Source: Somniosus microcephalus
Lineage: Eukaryota
Assembly: GCA_052327205.1 (NCBI GenBank)
Contig: JBMRGM010000040.1
Coordinates: 35,960,001 to 36,024,000, forward strand
Length of the DNA stretch: 64,000 nucleotides
Direction: 5' to 3'
Shown here: positions 1-13,459 of the stretch, piece by piece
How positions within the stretch are numbered: the stretch's first letter is position 1
Layout: every line of letters starts with the position of its first letter
Made by a program: the position numbers and the translations under genes
The notes under the pieces: generated by a model
Told to the model about the DNA's origin: nothing
The model's database searches: none
The model's input: only the letters and a program-made list of their open reading frames with translations

Positions 1-87
1 AGCGACAGAACAGTCAGTGAGCGGTTTGTACTGAGAGCGGAGGCGAGATCCTCGGCACAAGAATCTGTGAGTCCGACATCAACCAAC
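1..87 (-). CDS. LRR exon (partial, runs off the window) of NLR/ribonuclease-inhibitor-like gene
   Basis: Acceptor ...tgatccccag at 88-89, then LVDVGLTDSCAEDLASALSTNRSLTVLS, an RI-like leucine-rich repeat and a paralog of the exon at 226-396. Confidence 0.9.
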
Positions 88-225
88 CTGGGGATCAGAG
101 AAATAACAAGAATCGGAGTAAATCCCCAGAGTTTATTAATAACACTGTTACTGATACTAATAATAAATATTCAGTGTCAGACATCCAGTTATTATAAACA
201 CAATCTCACACAGTCTGGTACTTAC

Positions 226-396
226 CGCAGTTTCTGTATTTTAAATTCCGGGTTCCTCAAAGCCACAGACAGAAGTTTCACTCCTGAATCTCCCAGTTTA
301 TTATTACCCAGGTTCATAACCGTCAGCGAGCGGTTTGTACTGAGAGCGGAGGCGAGATCCTTGGCACAAGAATCTTTGAGACCGACAGCCTGTAGA
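226..396 (-). CDS. 171-nt LRR exon of NLR (NLRP3/NLRC3-like) or ribonuclease-inhibitor-like gene
   Basis: cag acceptor and gtaag donor, phase 2/2, 171 nt (canonical NLR LRR exon size). Reads LQAVGLKDSCAKDLASALSTNRSLTVMNLGNNKLGDSGVKLLSVALRNPEFKIQKL. Confidence 0.92.
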
Positions 397-442
397 CTGG
401 GGATCAGGGAGAGAAATAGTAAGTATCAGAGTCTGAATCAGG

Positions 443-3400
443 GAGGCTCCGGGATGGGGTCGGGGGAGAGCTGGGGTCGGGGGAGGGCCGGGGGAGGGCC
501 ATGGTTCAGGACGGTCATGTTCGGGTTTGGGGGAGGGCCGGGGGAGGGTCGGTGCTGGGGGAGGGTTGGGGCCAGGGTCGGGGGAGGGTTGGGGCCGGGG
601 TCGGGGAAGGGCCGGGGGAGGGGAATGGAAGGGGCTGGAGGAGGTTTGGCGTAGGGCCAGTGGAGTGTCGGGGCTGAGATCGGGTCGGGGGCTGGTCGGG
701 GGAGGTGGAAGGTAGGGGGAGGGTCAGGGATGATGGAGGGTCTGGGGCTGAGGAGGGTCTGTGGTGGCTCGGGGCCGGGGTCAGTGTCGGGTCCGGGCCG
801 GGGTAAGGGTAGGTTCGGGGGAGGGTCGGGGGAGGGCCAGGGAGGGTCGGGGGAGGGCTGAGGCCGGAGTAGGGCGAGGGTTGGGGTCTGGGCCGGGGAC
901 CCAGGAGGGCCATGTGAGGGTCCAGCCCAGGGTTGGGGGAGGGTCAGTAGAGGTTCAGTGGAGGTTTGTTGGAGGGCCGGGTGAGGGCCGGGGTCGAGGG
1001 AGGGTCGGGTTCGAGGGAGGGTCGTGGCCGGGGGAGGGTTGGGGGAGGGCCGGTTTTGAGGGGGGTCGGGGGAATGAAGGGGAGTGTCGGGGTCGTGGGA
1101 GGGTCGGGGCCGGGTGAGGGGGCGAGCCGGGGGAGGGTCGTGGCCGGGGGAGGCTCGGGGGTAGGGCTGGGGATGTGGGAGGGTCGGGGAGAGCCGGGGG
1201 AGGGTCAGGGGAGGGCCGGGGTCTGGGGACGATCGGGTGAGGGCCAGGGACAGGGGAGGGTCAGGGACGAGGGAGAGGAGGGGGAGGGCCGGGGGTGATT
1301 CACGTTCGGGGGAGGGTCGGGGCCGGGGGAGGGGAAGGGGAAGGGCCGGGGGAGGGCCAGGTTTGGGGGAGGGCTGTGGTAGATGGAGGGCCGGGGTAAA
1401 GGGAAGGTCAGGGGAGGGCTGGGGTGGGCCAGGGGAGTGTCAGGTGAGGATCGAGGTCGTGGGAAGGTCGGGGTAGGCCAGGGGAGGGCTGGGAGAGGGT
1501 CGGGGTCGAGGGAGGGTCGGGGTTGATGGAGGGGTAGGGGAGTGCTGTGGCCGGGGGTGGTTAGGGCGAGGCTCGGGGCCGGGGTCGGGGGAGGGTCAGA
1601 TGAGGGTCGGCGGAATGTCGGGGGAGTGTCGGGGGATGGTCGGGTCGAGGGAGAGTCGGGGTCGAGGGAGGGTCAGTGTAGGGCCGCGGGAGGATTGGGA
1701 TTGTGCCAGGGGAGGGTCGGGGGATGGTCGGGATCAAGGGAGGTTCGGGGGTGAGCGGCGGTCGGGGGAGGGTCGGGGACGAGGGAGGGTCGGGGGAGAG
1801 TCGTGGTCGGGGTAGGCCCGGGGTCAGAGGCGGGCTGGGGTCGGGGGAGGTGGAGGGCTGAGGGAGGATCAGGGCATGGTCGGCGGATGGTCAGGGCCGA
1901 CGTCGGGGGAGAGTCAGCGAGGGCCGTGGCTGGGGGAGGGGGAGTGATGGGGTCGGGGGAGGGCCGTGGGAGTTTCGGGGCCGGGGGGAGGGATGGGGGA
2001 TGGCAGGGGTTGATGGAGGGTCTGGCTCGAAGAGGGTCGGGGAGGGTCGGGGTCGGCGATGGAGGAGAGCCGGGGGAGGCACTGTGCCGGGGTCGTGCCA
2101 TGGTCGGACGAGGTTCGGGGTCGAGGGAGGGCCAGTGGAGGCCCGGGGGAGGGCCGGGGGTGGGTCGGGGCCGGGGGAGGTCCCCGTTCGGTGGAGTGCT
2201 GGGGTCGGGGTAGGGCCGGGGTCCAGGGAGGTTCGGGGGAGTGCCGGGATCGAGGGAGGGCCGGAGAGGGCCAGTGTTGGGGGAGGGTCGGGAGAGGGCC
2301 GGGGTCGAGGGACATTTGGGGGAGGGCCGGGGTCGGTGTCGGGCTGGGGTCGAGGGAGGGTCGGGCGAGTATCGGGGTCGAGGGCGGTTCGGGGCAGAGT
2401 CGGTGTCGAGGGAGTGCCAGCGGAGGGCTGGGGGAGGGCCGGGGGATGGTCGGAGGAGGGCGGGGGTCAAGGGAGGGTCGGATGAGGGCCAGGCTCGTGG
2501 GAGGGTTGGGGAAGTGCCGGGGGAGGGCCGGGGTTGTGGGAGGGCCAGTTTCGACGGTGGGTCAGATGAGGGCCGGGGTTGTGATAGGGTCGGCTGAGGG
2601 CTTGTGGAGGGCCGGGTCCGAGGGAGCGCTGGGGCTGGGGGAGGGTCGGGGTCGAGGGAGGTTCAGAGGAGGGCAGGGGTCGAGGGAGGTTCAGAAGAGG
2701 GTCGGGGTCGTGTCGCGGGAGGGCCTGCGCCGGGGGAGGGCCGTGGTCAGGGGAAAGCAGGGGTCGGGGTAGGGCCAGGGTCGAGGGAGGTTCGGCGGAG
2801 GGCCGGGGACAAGGGAGGGCAGGGGAGGGCCAGGTTTGGGGAAGGTTCTGGGTCGTGGGATGGTCGGGGAGGGCCGGGGCTGGTGGAGGGTCGGGGCCGG
2901 GTGAGGGTCGGGTCAGGCGGAGGGCTGGCCCGGGGCAGGGCTGGGGGAGAGCCGGGGTCGGGCCGGGGTCGGGTGAGTGTTGGGGAGAGCCAAAGTCGGG
3001 GGAAGGCCAGGGTCGAGGGAGGGCCGGGGTCGGGGGAGGGCCGATGTCAGGGGAGGGACGGTGTCGATGGATGGTCGGGGGAGGGTCGGGGTTGGCAGTT
3101 TCGGGGGAACGTCCGGTCGAGGGAAGGTCGGAGAGGGCTGGGGAGGGCCAGGGTAGGGTCATGGGAGGGTCGGGGTCGAGGGAAGGTCGGGGGAGGGTCG
3201 GGATCGAAGGAGTGTCGGGGTCGAGGGAGGGTCGGGGGAGTGTCAGGGGAGGGCCGGGGGAGGGTCGGGGGAGAGCCGAGGGAGGGCCGGGGGAGGGTCG
3301 GGTGAGAGCCAGGGGAGGGTCGGGGAATGCCGGGGGAGTGCCGGGGGAGGGCCAGGGCCAGGGGAGGGCTGGTGTCAGTGGAGTGGGAGGGATGGGGTCG

Positions 3401-6252
3401 AGGTAGGGTCCGGGTAGAGGGAGAGTTGGGGGAGGGTCAGTGTCGAGGGAGGTTCGGGGGAGGGGCGGGTCGAGGGAGGGTCGAGGAAGTGTCGGGGTCA
3501 ATGGAGAGCTGGGTGAGGGTTGGTGTCAGAGGCGGGTTGGGGGAGGGTAGGGGGAGGGTCGGGGTCGAGGCAGGGTCGGGTTATGGTGAGTGTTGGGGGA
3601 GTGTTGGGGGTGGGTTGGGGCAGGGCCGTGGGAGGGTCGGGGTCGAAGTGGGTCAGAGGAGGGCCGGAGTCGAGAGAGTGTCAGAGGAGGGCTGGGGTCG
3701 GGGGAGGGTCGGGGAGGGCATGGTGAGGGCCAGGGTTGGGGGAGGCCTGGGGTCGAGGGAGGGTCGGAGGATGGCCGGGTTTGGGGTAGGGTCGGGGGAG
3801 AGCCTGGGGAGGGCCGGGGCCGAGGGAGGGCTGGTGCCGGGGGAGGGCCGAGGTCGAGGGAGTATCGGGGAGTGCCGGGGTCGGGGGAGGGTGGGAGAGG
3901 GCCAGGGTCGAGGGAGTATCGGGGGAGGGCCGGGGTCGGGGGAGGGTCGGGGTTGATGGAGGATCGGGGGAGGGTCAGGTCAGTTTCGGGTTCGAGGGAG
4001 GGTCGGGGGAGAGTCGGGGGAGGTTCAGGGCCGGGGTCGGGTGCCGGTCGGGGTTGGGAGTTTCGGGGGAGGGACGGGTCAAGGAAGATTTGAGGGAGTG
4101 TTGGGGTGGAGGGATAGCCGGGGGATGATCGGTGTTGGGTGCGGGTTGGGGCAGGGTCGGGGGAGGGCCGGGGGTGGGTCCGGGGAAAGTTGGGTTCGAG
4201 GGAAGTTCAGGGGAGGGTCGGGCTCGAGGGAGTGTCGGGGTCGAGAAAGGGTCGGGAGAGGGTCAGTTTCGAGGGAGGTTTGGGGGATGGGCAGGTCGAG
4301 GGAGGGTCGAAGAAGTGTCGGGATCAATGGAGAGCCGTGCGAGGGTCAGAGCCGGGTTGGTGGAGTGTCAGGGGAGGGTCGGGGTCGAGGCAGGGTCGGG
4401 GTCGGTCGAGGCTTCGAGGAGTGTCGGGGGAGGTTCGGGAGAGGGCCGGGGGAGGGTCGAGGTCGAAGTGGCGTGGAGGAGGGCCGGGGTCGAGGGAGGG
4501 TCGGAGGAGGGCTGTGGTCGGTGGAGGGTCGGGGATGTCCGGGGGAAGGCCGGGGTTTGGGGAGTGTCAAGGCCGTGTTCGGGGGAGGGTCGGGGCCAGT
4601 TTCGTGGGAGGGTCGGCGGAGGGTCAGGGGAGGGCCGGTGGAGGGCAGCGGACGGGTTCGGGGGAGGGCCGGGGCCGGGGTCACAGGAGGGCCAGGGGAG
4701 GGTCGGGCCGTGGTCGGTGGAGTGTCGGGGGAGGGTTGGGGGAGGGTCCTGGTTGAGGGAGAGATGGGGGAAAGCTGTGAAAGGCCGGGGGAGGGTCGGG
4801 GGAGGGTCGGGGCCGGAGGAGAGTCGGGGGATTGGGAAGGTCGTAAGAGGGTCAGTGCCGGGGTCGGGTGAGGTTTGGGGCCGGGGTCAGCAGAGGTCCG
4901 TGGCAGTGGGTGGGGGAGTGCCGGGGTCGGGGGAGGGCCAGGGCTGGGGGAGGATTGGGCCGCGGTAGGGCCGGGGCCAGGTGAGGGGAAGGGCCGGGGG
5001 AGGTTCACGGCCAGGGGTCGGGGCGGGCTGGGGGAGGGACTGGGTCGAGGGATGGTCGGGGAGTGCCGGTGGAGGGCCGAGCCGGGTGAGGTTGGGGGCC
5101 GGGGGAGGTCCGGGGCAGGGCTGGGGGAGAGCCGGGGGAGGGCTGGGGTCGGGGGAGTGTCGAGGTGGGCCAAAGTTGGGGGAGGGCCAGGGTCGAGGGA
5201 AGGCCGCGGGAGGGGGAGGGCCGGTGTCGGGGGAGGGTCGGTGTCGATGGATGGTCAGGGGAGGTTCGGGGTTGGGAGTTTCAGGGGAGGGTCCGGTCGA
5301 GGGAGGGTCGAGTGAGTGTCGGGTTCGAGAGAGAGCCAGGGGATGGTCGGGGTCGGGGGCGGGTTGCGGGAGGGTCAGGGGATTGCCGGGGGGGTGTCCA
5401 GGGAGGGGAGGGGTCGAGGGAGTGTCGGGGGAGGGCCGGGGGCGGGCAGGGTTGGGTCAGGGGAGGGTAGGGGTCGAGAGAGGGTCGGGGTAGTGTCGCG
5501 GTTCGGGGAGAAGGAGGGTCGGGGGAGGGGGAGGGGGAGGGTCGGGGCGGGGTCGGGGTAGGGTCGGCAGAGAGCCGGGGTTGGGGGCAGGGTGGGCCGG
5601 TGTCGGGGGAATCTCGGGTGAGGGTCGGGGGAGGGCTGGGGGAGGGTCGGGGGAGGGCCAGGGGAGGGCCGGTTGAGTGTCGGAGTGGGTCAGAGCCAGG
5701 GGAGTGTCGGGGGAGGGCCAGGGCCAGGGGAGGGCCGGGGTCGGGGGGAGGGGCAGCGACGGGGTCGAGGTAGGGTCGGGTTCGAGGGAGGGTCGGGGAG
5801 GGTCGGGTTCGAGGGATGTTCGGGGGATGGGCGGGCTCGAGGGCGGGGGAGAGCCGGTTGAGGGACGGGGCCAGGGGAAGACTGGGGAAGGGCCTGTGTT
5901 GGGGTCGGTCGTGGTCGAGGGAGAGTAGGGGGAGGGTCGAGGTCGAGGGAGGGTCGGGGCCGGGTCGGGGGATGGTCGGGGAAAGGCCGGGGGTGGGCCG
6001 GGGGTGGGTTTGGGTCGGGCGGGGGCTGGGTCTGTGGAGGGCCAGTGGAGGACCGGGTGCAGGGGTGGGGGAGGGCTTTCGGATCGGGGGTGGTTCGGGG
6101 CCGGGGGAAGGGGAGGGGCGGTATCAGGGGAGGGTCAGGTGAGGGTCGGGGGAGGGCCGGGGGAGGTTCGGGGGTTGGTCAGGTCCGCGTTCTGGCGGGA
6201 GTCGTTGGAAGGTTGGGGGAGGGTCGGTGGAGGGCCGGGGCAGGGGGAGGGT
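443..6252 (+). repeat. G-rich degenerate minisatellite (GGGGAGGGTCGGGG / GGGGAGGGCCGGGG units), ~5.8 kb
   Basis: Continuous short G-run units with strong strand asymmetry; all ORFs here are low-complexity G/R or P-rich artefacts. Confidence 0.95.
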
Positions 6253-6254
6253 GC

Positions 6255-8200
6255 ACAAATACAGCAGAACACCACGTAAAATCCAGAGAGTGCATGTGGC
6301 AATTGAAAAACGATATAAGAAGGGCAAAGAGAGATTATGAAAACAGATTGGCGGGTAACATTAACAGAAATACAACAACCTTCCATATATAAAACCTCAA
6401 AGTTCAGTTAAAGGAATGGTGGGGCCGATCAGAGTAAAAAGGTCAATATTCTTGTGGAGGCTGATGCTATAATTGAGGTGCGGAATGAGTATTTTGCATC
6501 TGTATTCACAAAAGAGGATGAAATAGCAGTAGAAGATGGGAAGTATATATATTGGATAGGATAAATATAGGTAGAAAAGTGGTGATAAATGTGTTGGAAT
6601 CATTCAAAGGTAACAAGTTTTCTGGTACACAAGGGATGCATTCTACAGTGCTTGGTGAATCTATGGTGAGATGGCAGAAGTTCTGACCACCGTCTTGCGA
6701 CCCTCCTTGGAAATGTGAGTGTTTCCAGAGGACTGAATGATTGCAAATGTCAGTGACTGTTCAAAACGGGGAGACCGATGAACCTGGTAACTACAGGCTA
6801 ATCAGTCTACGTTCAGCAGTGGGACAACTACTGGAAACCACAGTCATTGACAACATTAATTCTCATTTAGAGAAACATGGTTTAGTAAGGGAGAGCCATT
6901 TGTCCCTTATTAATGTATATTGTTCAGGGATAATATTGCTTGATTGCCCTGATTGAGTTATTTGATGAAGTGGGAATGAGGGTTGGAGAAGGTATTGCAG
7001 TAGCTGTTGTGTATATCACGAATTTCAATAATATATCACATAACAGATTCACTAGAGATGTAGAAACACGTGGTATTAAAGGGACGGTGGTGAATAGTGT
7101 TCTTAAATGGCTAAGGGATAAGAGGCAGAGAGTAGTGGTGAACAGGTGTTGTTCTGACCATGTGGAAGTACGCAGTGGTGTACCCCAGGAGTCGGTGTTA
7201 AGACCATTGATTTTCGGGTTATGTAGAAATGAGCTGGACCTATGATTAAGGGATAAAATTTCGAATTTGCGTTTCATGCTAAATTTGGCAAAGTTGTAAA
7301 TTTTGAGCAGGATAGCAGCAGACTGCAGGCGCATATAGTCAGAGTGTTGAAATGGAAAAACATATGACAGATTCAATTTACTGCGGCTAACTGTGCAGTG
7401 AAGCACTTCGGGAGAAAAGCCATGGAGAGGCCGCATAATGTAAGTCACAATATCTTCAAGGGGTAAAAGCTCAAAGAGAACACACTCACAAAGCATTGAA
7501 GCTGGCACGGCAAGTAAATAAAGCAGCATAGAACGTGTATGGGATATAACAACAGAAAATGCTGGAAAAACTCAGCAAGTCAGGCAACATCCGTGGGATA
7601 ATTGGCTTTCAAAAAAGAGCCATTGAATACAACAACAATAAAGTCATGCTAAACATTTTCAAATCACTTTTTAGGCCTCAGCTGGAGCATTGTGTACAAT
7701 TCTAAGCACCGCACTTTATGAACGATGTCAAGTTCTTTGGAGGGTAGGGAGAAGGTTTCCAGCATGATACTAGGGATGAGGGACCTCAATTGGAGAGGCT
7801 GAACTTGTTCACCTTATAACAGAACATGGCAATGGGAGAGCAGATAAAGGTACTCGCAATAATGTGGTGCTTTGATAGAGCAAATAGCGACAAACTTGTT
7901 CCCCTTAAAAGTGGGTCGGCAACCAAAGGTCACAGATATAAAATTAAACTGAAAATCGCAGATAGGGGAAATGACAGGAAATTATTTGACACGGGATGTT
8001 GGTAATATCTGGAAAGCACCACCTGAAGCAGTGGTGGGATCAGGTTACATAGGATCTTTCCAAAGGCCATTGGACATATACATGAAGAGCACTAATTTGC
8101 ATGGTTACGGGTAAAATGTTCCAGGCTGGGACTAATTTGGACAGATCTTTCAAAGAGCCGACACATGGAGGACAGGCCGAATACCTCATTCTATGATTCT
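6255..8200 (+). mobile_element. Old degraded CR1 LINE (RT region to 3' tail)
   Basis: PGNYRLISL and SGVPQESVL motifs, attctatgattcta 3' tail; paralog at 24480-25960. Confidence 0.85.
7547..7593 (-). mobile_element. Short Penelope-type 3' fragment inserted into CR1
   Basis: Reverse complement matches tgcctgacctgctgagt...ccagcattttc at 15393-15430. Flanked by a TGGGATA duplication (7540-7546, 7594-7600) and absent in the paralog at ~25660. Confidence 0.7.
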
Positions 8201-10249
8201 AACTAAATAAGGTCAATTGAGATGAGCGTTTGTAAACAATTCCAATAACCCAAGGCTAGGATAAAGCTGTACCTTGGGCCTAATGAAACAAAGCAGCTTT
8301 AAATGATGATCAGATACACAAACAGTCCATTATGTGACTGAGTGAATCTATCAGTAAAAGCTAAAGGAAAGCAGTTGGGTGGAGTATGTGTGCAAACACT
8401 GAGCATCTTTACAAATCTCCACATGCAAACATACCACGGAACAGGATGGCAATGCAAGTGACGTAGATCCATTATGGACTGGCTGGTGGCATTAACGGTG
8501 GGAATTCAGATTGAACATGATGGAGATTAAGAGATAAATTTTGAGCACAAAAGGCAGCTGTAGCATAGTGTTTGTTGAAGGACGTTGGTCTCTGCCCTCT
8601 GTGCAGATCTATCTCTCAGTGAGCTGCTCAGCTCTAGCAGACTGAATGAGGAAGGGGACTTTAAATAAATTCATAGATCTGAAAACAGCCTAAATTATTC
8701 ACCAGAAAAGTTTAGTTTTACAGACAATACACACACGCTCATAAATACCTCAAAGTGCCTTAAATGGAGGTGCAAGATGTCAAAGAGAATGAAAAATAAG
8801 CAAACAAAGGGAAAATGGTCTGTGCTGCAGAGAACAGTAACAGCAGTTAGTTGTCATAACGGAAGGCAGTGGTTTAAAATTGAAGGAGCTTTAGTTCAAA
8901 TGAAGAGGAACTGATCTGCTCACAGAAAGAACAGTGTCTCAGCACCAACGGAAGAGCTGAAAATATATTTTCTGGATAATCCACTGACTGTTAATATTTT
9001 TTATTGTTGATTCCCTCTCCAAATCTCCTGAATCATAGAATCAGATAAGCGTCCAGCACAGGCACAGATCATTCGGCCCGTTGTGCCTGCGTCAGCCGGA
9101 AAGACTTTGCCTTTGCCCACTGAAAACAATCCTGTTCTGTTCAGCAAATTACCAGGCTTTACAGAACCGACAGAATAACATTATTTCAAGTGAACATCTT
9201 TGTGAAACCTCAAACATAATCAGCTGCTATTGTGAATTATCAGACACAAATATAACCGTTTTATTTCAATTCGTCTAATCCTTCCCCTTTCCTTTTTAAA
9301 CGAGGCGACTCACACTGGAATGCGATTGTAAGGGCGACATTTTTCTGTTTTGCCCTTGGGGAGAGTGGAAACTTTCCATGTCTGAGCCCAGCCGCTGTGT
9401 GTCCGTGAACAGTCTGATTACAGAAGGTGTAAACATGGACCCTGAGAGTGTTCTCAGTGGACATCCACTAATCAACACTTTATAAAGGAGACACGTGGTA
9501 ATGTCCAGCAGCGGGCATTCTCTCTACTTCACACTCCGCCCAAAATCACTCATCTCTCCGGAAAACTGACACCAGGAGCATTCTTTTAACTGAGAATTCT
9601 GCAGAAACAAGTATCCACTCCGAAGGCTTTCCAATCTAAACAGTTTCAATCCAAACGAGGAGATACTTTCATCCACTGAGCGACTGGACATCGGACACCG
9701 CCGGGCTCAGTCCCGAACTACAGCTTACATTTGCCCACTCAGTTACTTCACAGAACTGGAATGCAATAATTTAGGTACAAAATTGTTTCGCGACTCACCA
9801 AACATCAGTAACAAGGCGGCTGTGTCCATGTTCTAGAGTGAGCTACTTTGAGACATGAGAGCTGCCAGGAACGGTGACTGAGTCGCTTGCAACGCCTCCC
9901 AGAATATCATACCTGGAAGCGTTCAGAGAATGAGAGCAGAAACAGAGGTTGAGAGGAAGTGATGTGGCCCCACAATTAAATGAACAGCACCACAATAAAA
10001 TAAGGATTGGATCTTAGCAAGGTCCAACATGGGAGCATTTTAATTTCACACCATAACCTCAGATGAAGAGCCTAGATTGGACAATGAACACAGTACAACC
10101 CCATCAATAATTTGTCATTAGTTAGAACCGTCACTCTCAACATGGTCAGAAACTCAAGTTCTGGCGACAGATCGCTTCATACTTCAGCCTCTTGGTGTCA
10201 GCATCAAACAATCAAAAGTCATGCGCACTAGAGGAAAATTAATGACAAA

Positions 10250-10900
10250 GTGATTCAAAGCAAACCTCTGAAGTGCGCCCCTTACTGTACAGATCATAGT
10301 TTCTGAATTTAGCTCAACGAATTTAGAAACTACGTGACATGACAAAGTCAAAAGTACGGTCGTGAATATTGGCAGGAGCTAAAGGAAGAATAGTAGGGCA
10401 GTGAGCTCAGAGCAGACGCATAACAATGAGCTGAGATGGAGAGTGAAATCACAGAAGATGAGGAGTCTGTAACTGATTAGGCTAAGGTAGAATGTGAGTG
10501 GACATCTCCCGAAGAGAAACTCAGAGTGTTGCTATGGACTGCGGTTGTAAATTAGAAAACATAAGATTCGAAAGAGATGGAACAGGGTGAGCTCCTCAGT
10601 TGGGATGGTGCCAGATGAGTTTGAGAACATATGAAACTGAGATTTTCAGATGATGGCCACACTGCCACTGCAGTGAGAGGACCAAATAATGGAAGTAATA
10701 TCCAGGCAGGTCGTTTCAACGAAGGGCAAGTTATTACCATAACTGAGAAAAGATCCGTCAAAGCCATGATAAGATTACATTAATACACACTATGGTGCTA
10801 GATGGGAAACGATTTATGTGAGAATGAATGGACATTCTGCCGGGAAAGACAGCGGGCGACATTGGTTGCTGATCTTCCAACAGAGGCCAGTAGTCTAATG
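10250..10900 (-). mobile_element. Degraded L2/CR1-group endonuclease fragment
   Basis: Minus-strand remnants resembling IMALTE, PGYYFH and GDxHxH motifs of APE endonuclease. Confidence 0.5.
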
Positions 10901-11864
10901 TGGGTGACGTTTGAGGAGCAGGAATAATATTGGCGTGGTTCGATACTGCAGTGCACACTAGACAGGAAGGTCGGTGGGAGAGTTGGTTGGTGCAGTTTTG
11001 GTTGGTGTTCAGCAGTCTGCAGCGACGGATACCTCCATGGGGCCTGTCGAGAATGCCGAACGAGGCACAGTGATCGTCCTTGGCTTATTCAAGCCATATT
11101 CAAGCCTGGAACGGCGTCATTAGAGTAGAAACTCAAAGCAATAGTGGATGTTTGTGGCACAGATTAACAGAGTTATGTACCCGAACGTGGAGAGATGGCA
11201 GGTGTCCTGACTTTGTCAAAGGAACGGGAGGAGACATGAAAGAACAGCCCAACAGGAGTGAAGGTAAACAGATCAATCAAAAATTGGAAGATAGAAGTAA
11301 AATGGACTCTGTTGTTCAAAGTCAGCCAGAATGCGCAGCCGAATGAATACAGAACGAATTCGGGTTCCATAGCAATGACAATTTAGGAAAGACTAGTCCT
11401 GGAAATGAACAGAGAGCAGAGGAACATCTGAGAGAGTCTTTGAGTCATAAATATGAGGTAGAATGAAACATACTTGTTCCAAAAAACAGAGGAGAAATAT
11501 AGATTAAATGAAAATAAGACATTCAGGGGGAAATCTCATCCGCCTATGTGTCCGTAGAATATCCACCAGCGCTGTGCCTGGTTGAACACAACTGTTAAGA
11601 AAGATGGATTAAAGACTGCGTCATATATCCTGAATTTGAATGCAATACATTCAGCTTTATCTATATAATATCTGCTGACTCCAGTGGTTCACGTGATAAC
11701 AGTGTGTTCGCAAACCATAAGTTATGTTTAAACAGTGAAAACAGAACTGGAAGAACAGCTGCTGTTCCAGGTTTACTGAACGTCACGAGTCCCTAGTCAT
11801 TTTGATGAACTTTATTCGCCGTTACTTCAAACTCCTGTGAAAATGTAATGCCAATATCTGCCCA

Positions 11865-12240
11865 ACGAAAGACGAATGGGCCATTCAGCAACTCGAATGC
11901 GTTCTGCAGTTCAGTTAGATCATGGCTGATCTGTACCTCAACTAATGTGTACCTCCAGCCTATGGTCTGTATTCATTGATAAAATTAAATAAAAAAACTA
12001 AAGATCTCAGTCTTTAACCATCAGTGACCCACCATCCGCAGCCTTATGTGAGACTACTCCAGATTTCCACAACTCGATGCTTGAATGAATACTTCCTAAA
12101 TTCACTCGTAAATGTCCTAGGTTTAATAATAATATGGATTACCTCAGTATAACTGAATACTTTATCAGGAGAAGTTATTTCCAATAATTGTTGGCAAGTT
12201 TCAAAATATGTCCTTGTGCCTAATAGAAACCAGCGTGAAA
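11865..12240 (-). mobile_element. CR1 3' end fragment
   Basis: ccattcag...agatcatggctgatctg tail; FRKYSFKHRVVEIWSSL C-terminus. Confidence 0.7.
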
Positions 12241-12494
12241 AGTAACTCAAAATAGACAATGCCTTCAATTTGTGGCGGAGAAACCGTCACTGAAAGAAGA
12301 GGAAAGCAGCTCGGTGGAGAGTGTGTGTAAATATTGAGCATCTTTACAGATCTCCTAATGCGGCCACACAATGAACCACAATTGCAATTCATTATTCGGA
12401 GCTCCATTTTTGAATGGATGGATGTATTACAGTTGGGAATCGCGACTCAAAAGTTGGATATTAATAGATAACTGCAGAGCTCAACGGGCAGCTC

Positions 12495-12735
12495 AAGCAT
12501 TGGCTTTATTGACGGACTGCTGTTTCCATCCATTGCGCTGTGCCATATCTCAGTGACATGGTGAACTCAACAGTTATCTGAAGCACTGCGTTTATTGAAG
12601 GACAGCAGTTTAAACACATTGTGCTGATTTATATCTCAGTGACATGATGAACTCAAAGGTTATCTGAAGCATTGTGTTCATTGAAGGAAAGCTATATCCA
12701 CCCATTGTGCTGAATTATATCTCAGTGACAGGAAG
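12495..12735 (+). repeat. 86-bp tandem repeat, ~3 copies
   Basis: ctcagtgaca recurs at 12549, 12635 and 12721. Confidence 0.85.
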
Positions 12736-13459
12736 AAATCTAGCATGCTGAATGAGGAAGTTTGATCTAAATAATTAATAACAAATTCTCCGTCAATCCA
12801 CTGAAAAGCAGGAATAACACACATATCACAATTCGCCTTTCATCGGTATGGAGGCAGGAAGTACAATTAAACAGCTATAGGTAAGGTATCGGAAAATATT
12901 TCAGGCTGAAGTTAGCCGTGACGCTTAAAGTTTCCAATGGAAACCTGTGGTTTCAGGGTGAAGCGTGTTCACCTTGGAGCAACAGGAAGCGAACGCTGAC
13001 ACTCAGAACAGTGCATCAGAACTGAGAATGTGATTAAACATACTGAATGAAAATATATTGTGGAAATATTTCTCATTCGGCAGTACAGAAATATATCATA
13101 CTGTCGAACAATTATGCACAGTATTATTCCCCTGGTGTAAATCCGCTCCCCTGCTCACTTCCCATCAGCTTTTACATTACTTCTTCTCGAGGCAGAGCCC
13201 AATTTTATTTGTAACTTTTTATGGACTGTGATTCGAGAATGACACGTGCCAGAGTATTCTGCATTCTCACCAACCTCAGTGTAAATCCAAGAGCTACAGA
13301 AAGATCAGACATTTAGTTGGCGGCTTTACTGTAAAGAAATGATGTAACGCACTTCACACTAGCTTAGTCACGTGATATAACCAGGGGAAAGTCTGAGAAA
13401 CAGGAACACAGTGTAACTTGGACAAAGGAGTCAAGGGAAAGGGAATTGCCTTAAATATG

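Larger units (their letters stand above)
6255..9990 (+). repeat. Segmental duplication copy 1 (paralog 24480-27738)
   Basis: Collinear similarity across the CR1 relic and the unique flanking sequence. Confidence 0.85.

Noticed and set aside
67-654. 195-aa plus-strand ORF
   Set aside because: Antisense shadow of the LRR exons and intron running into the repeat.
443-6252. Dozens of overlapping Gly/Arg-rich and Pro-rich ORFs
   Set aside because: They arise from stop-poor G-rich simple repeat in all frames; no domain structure.
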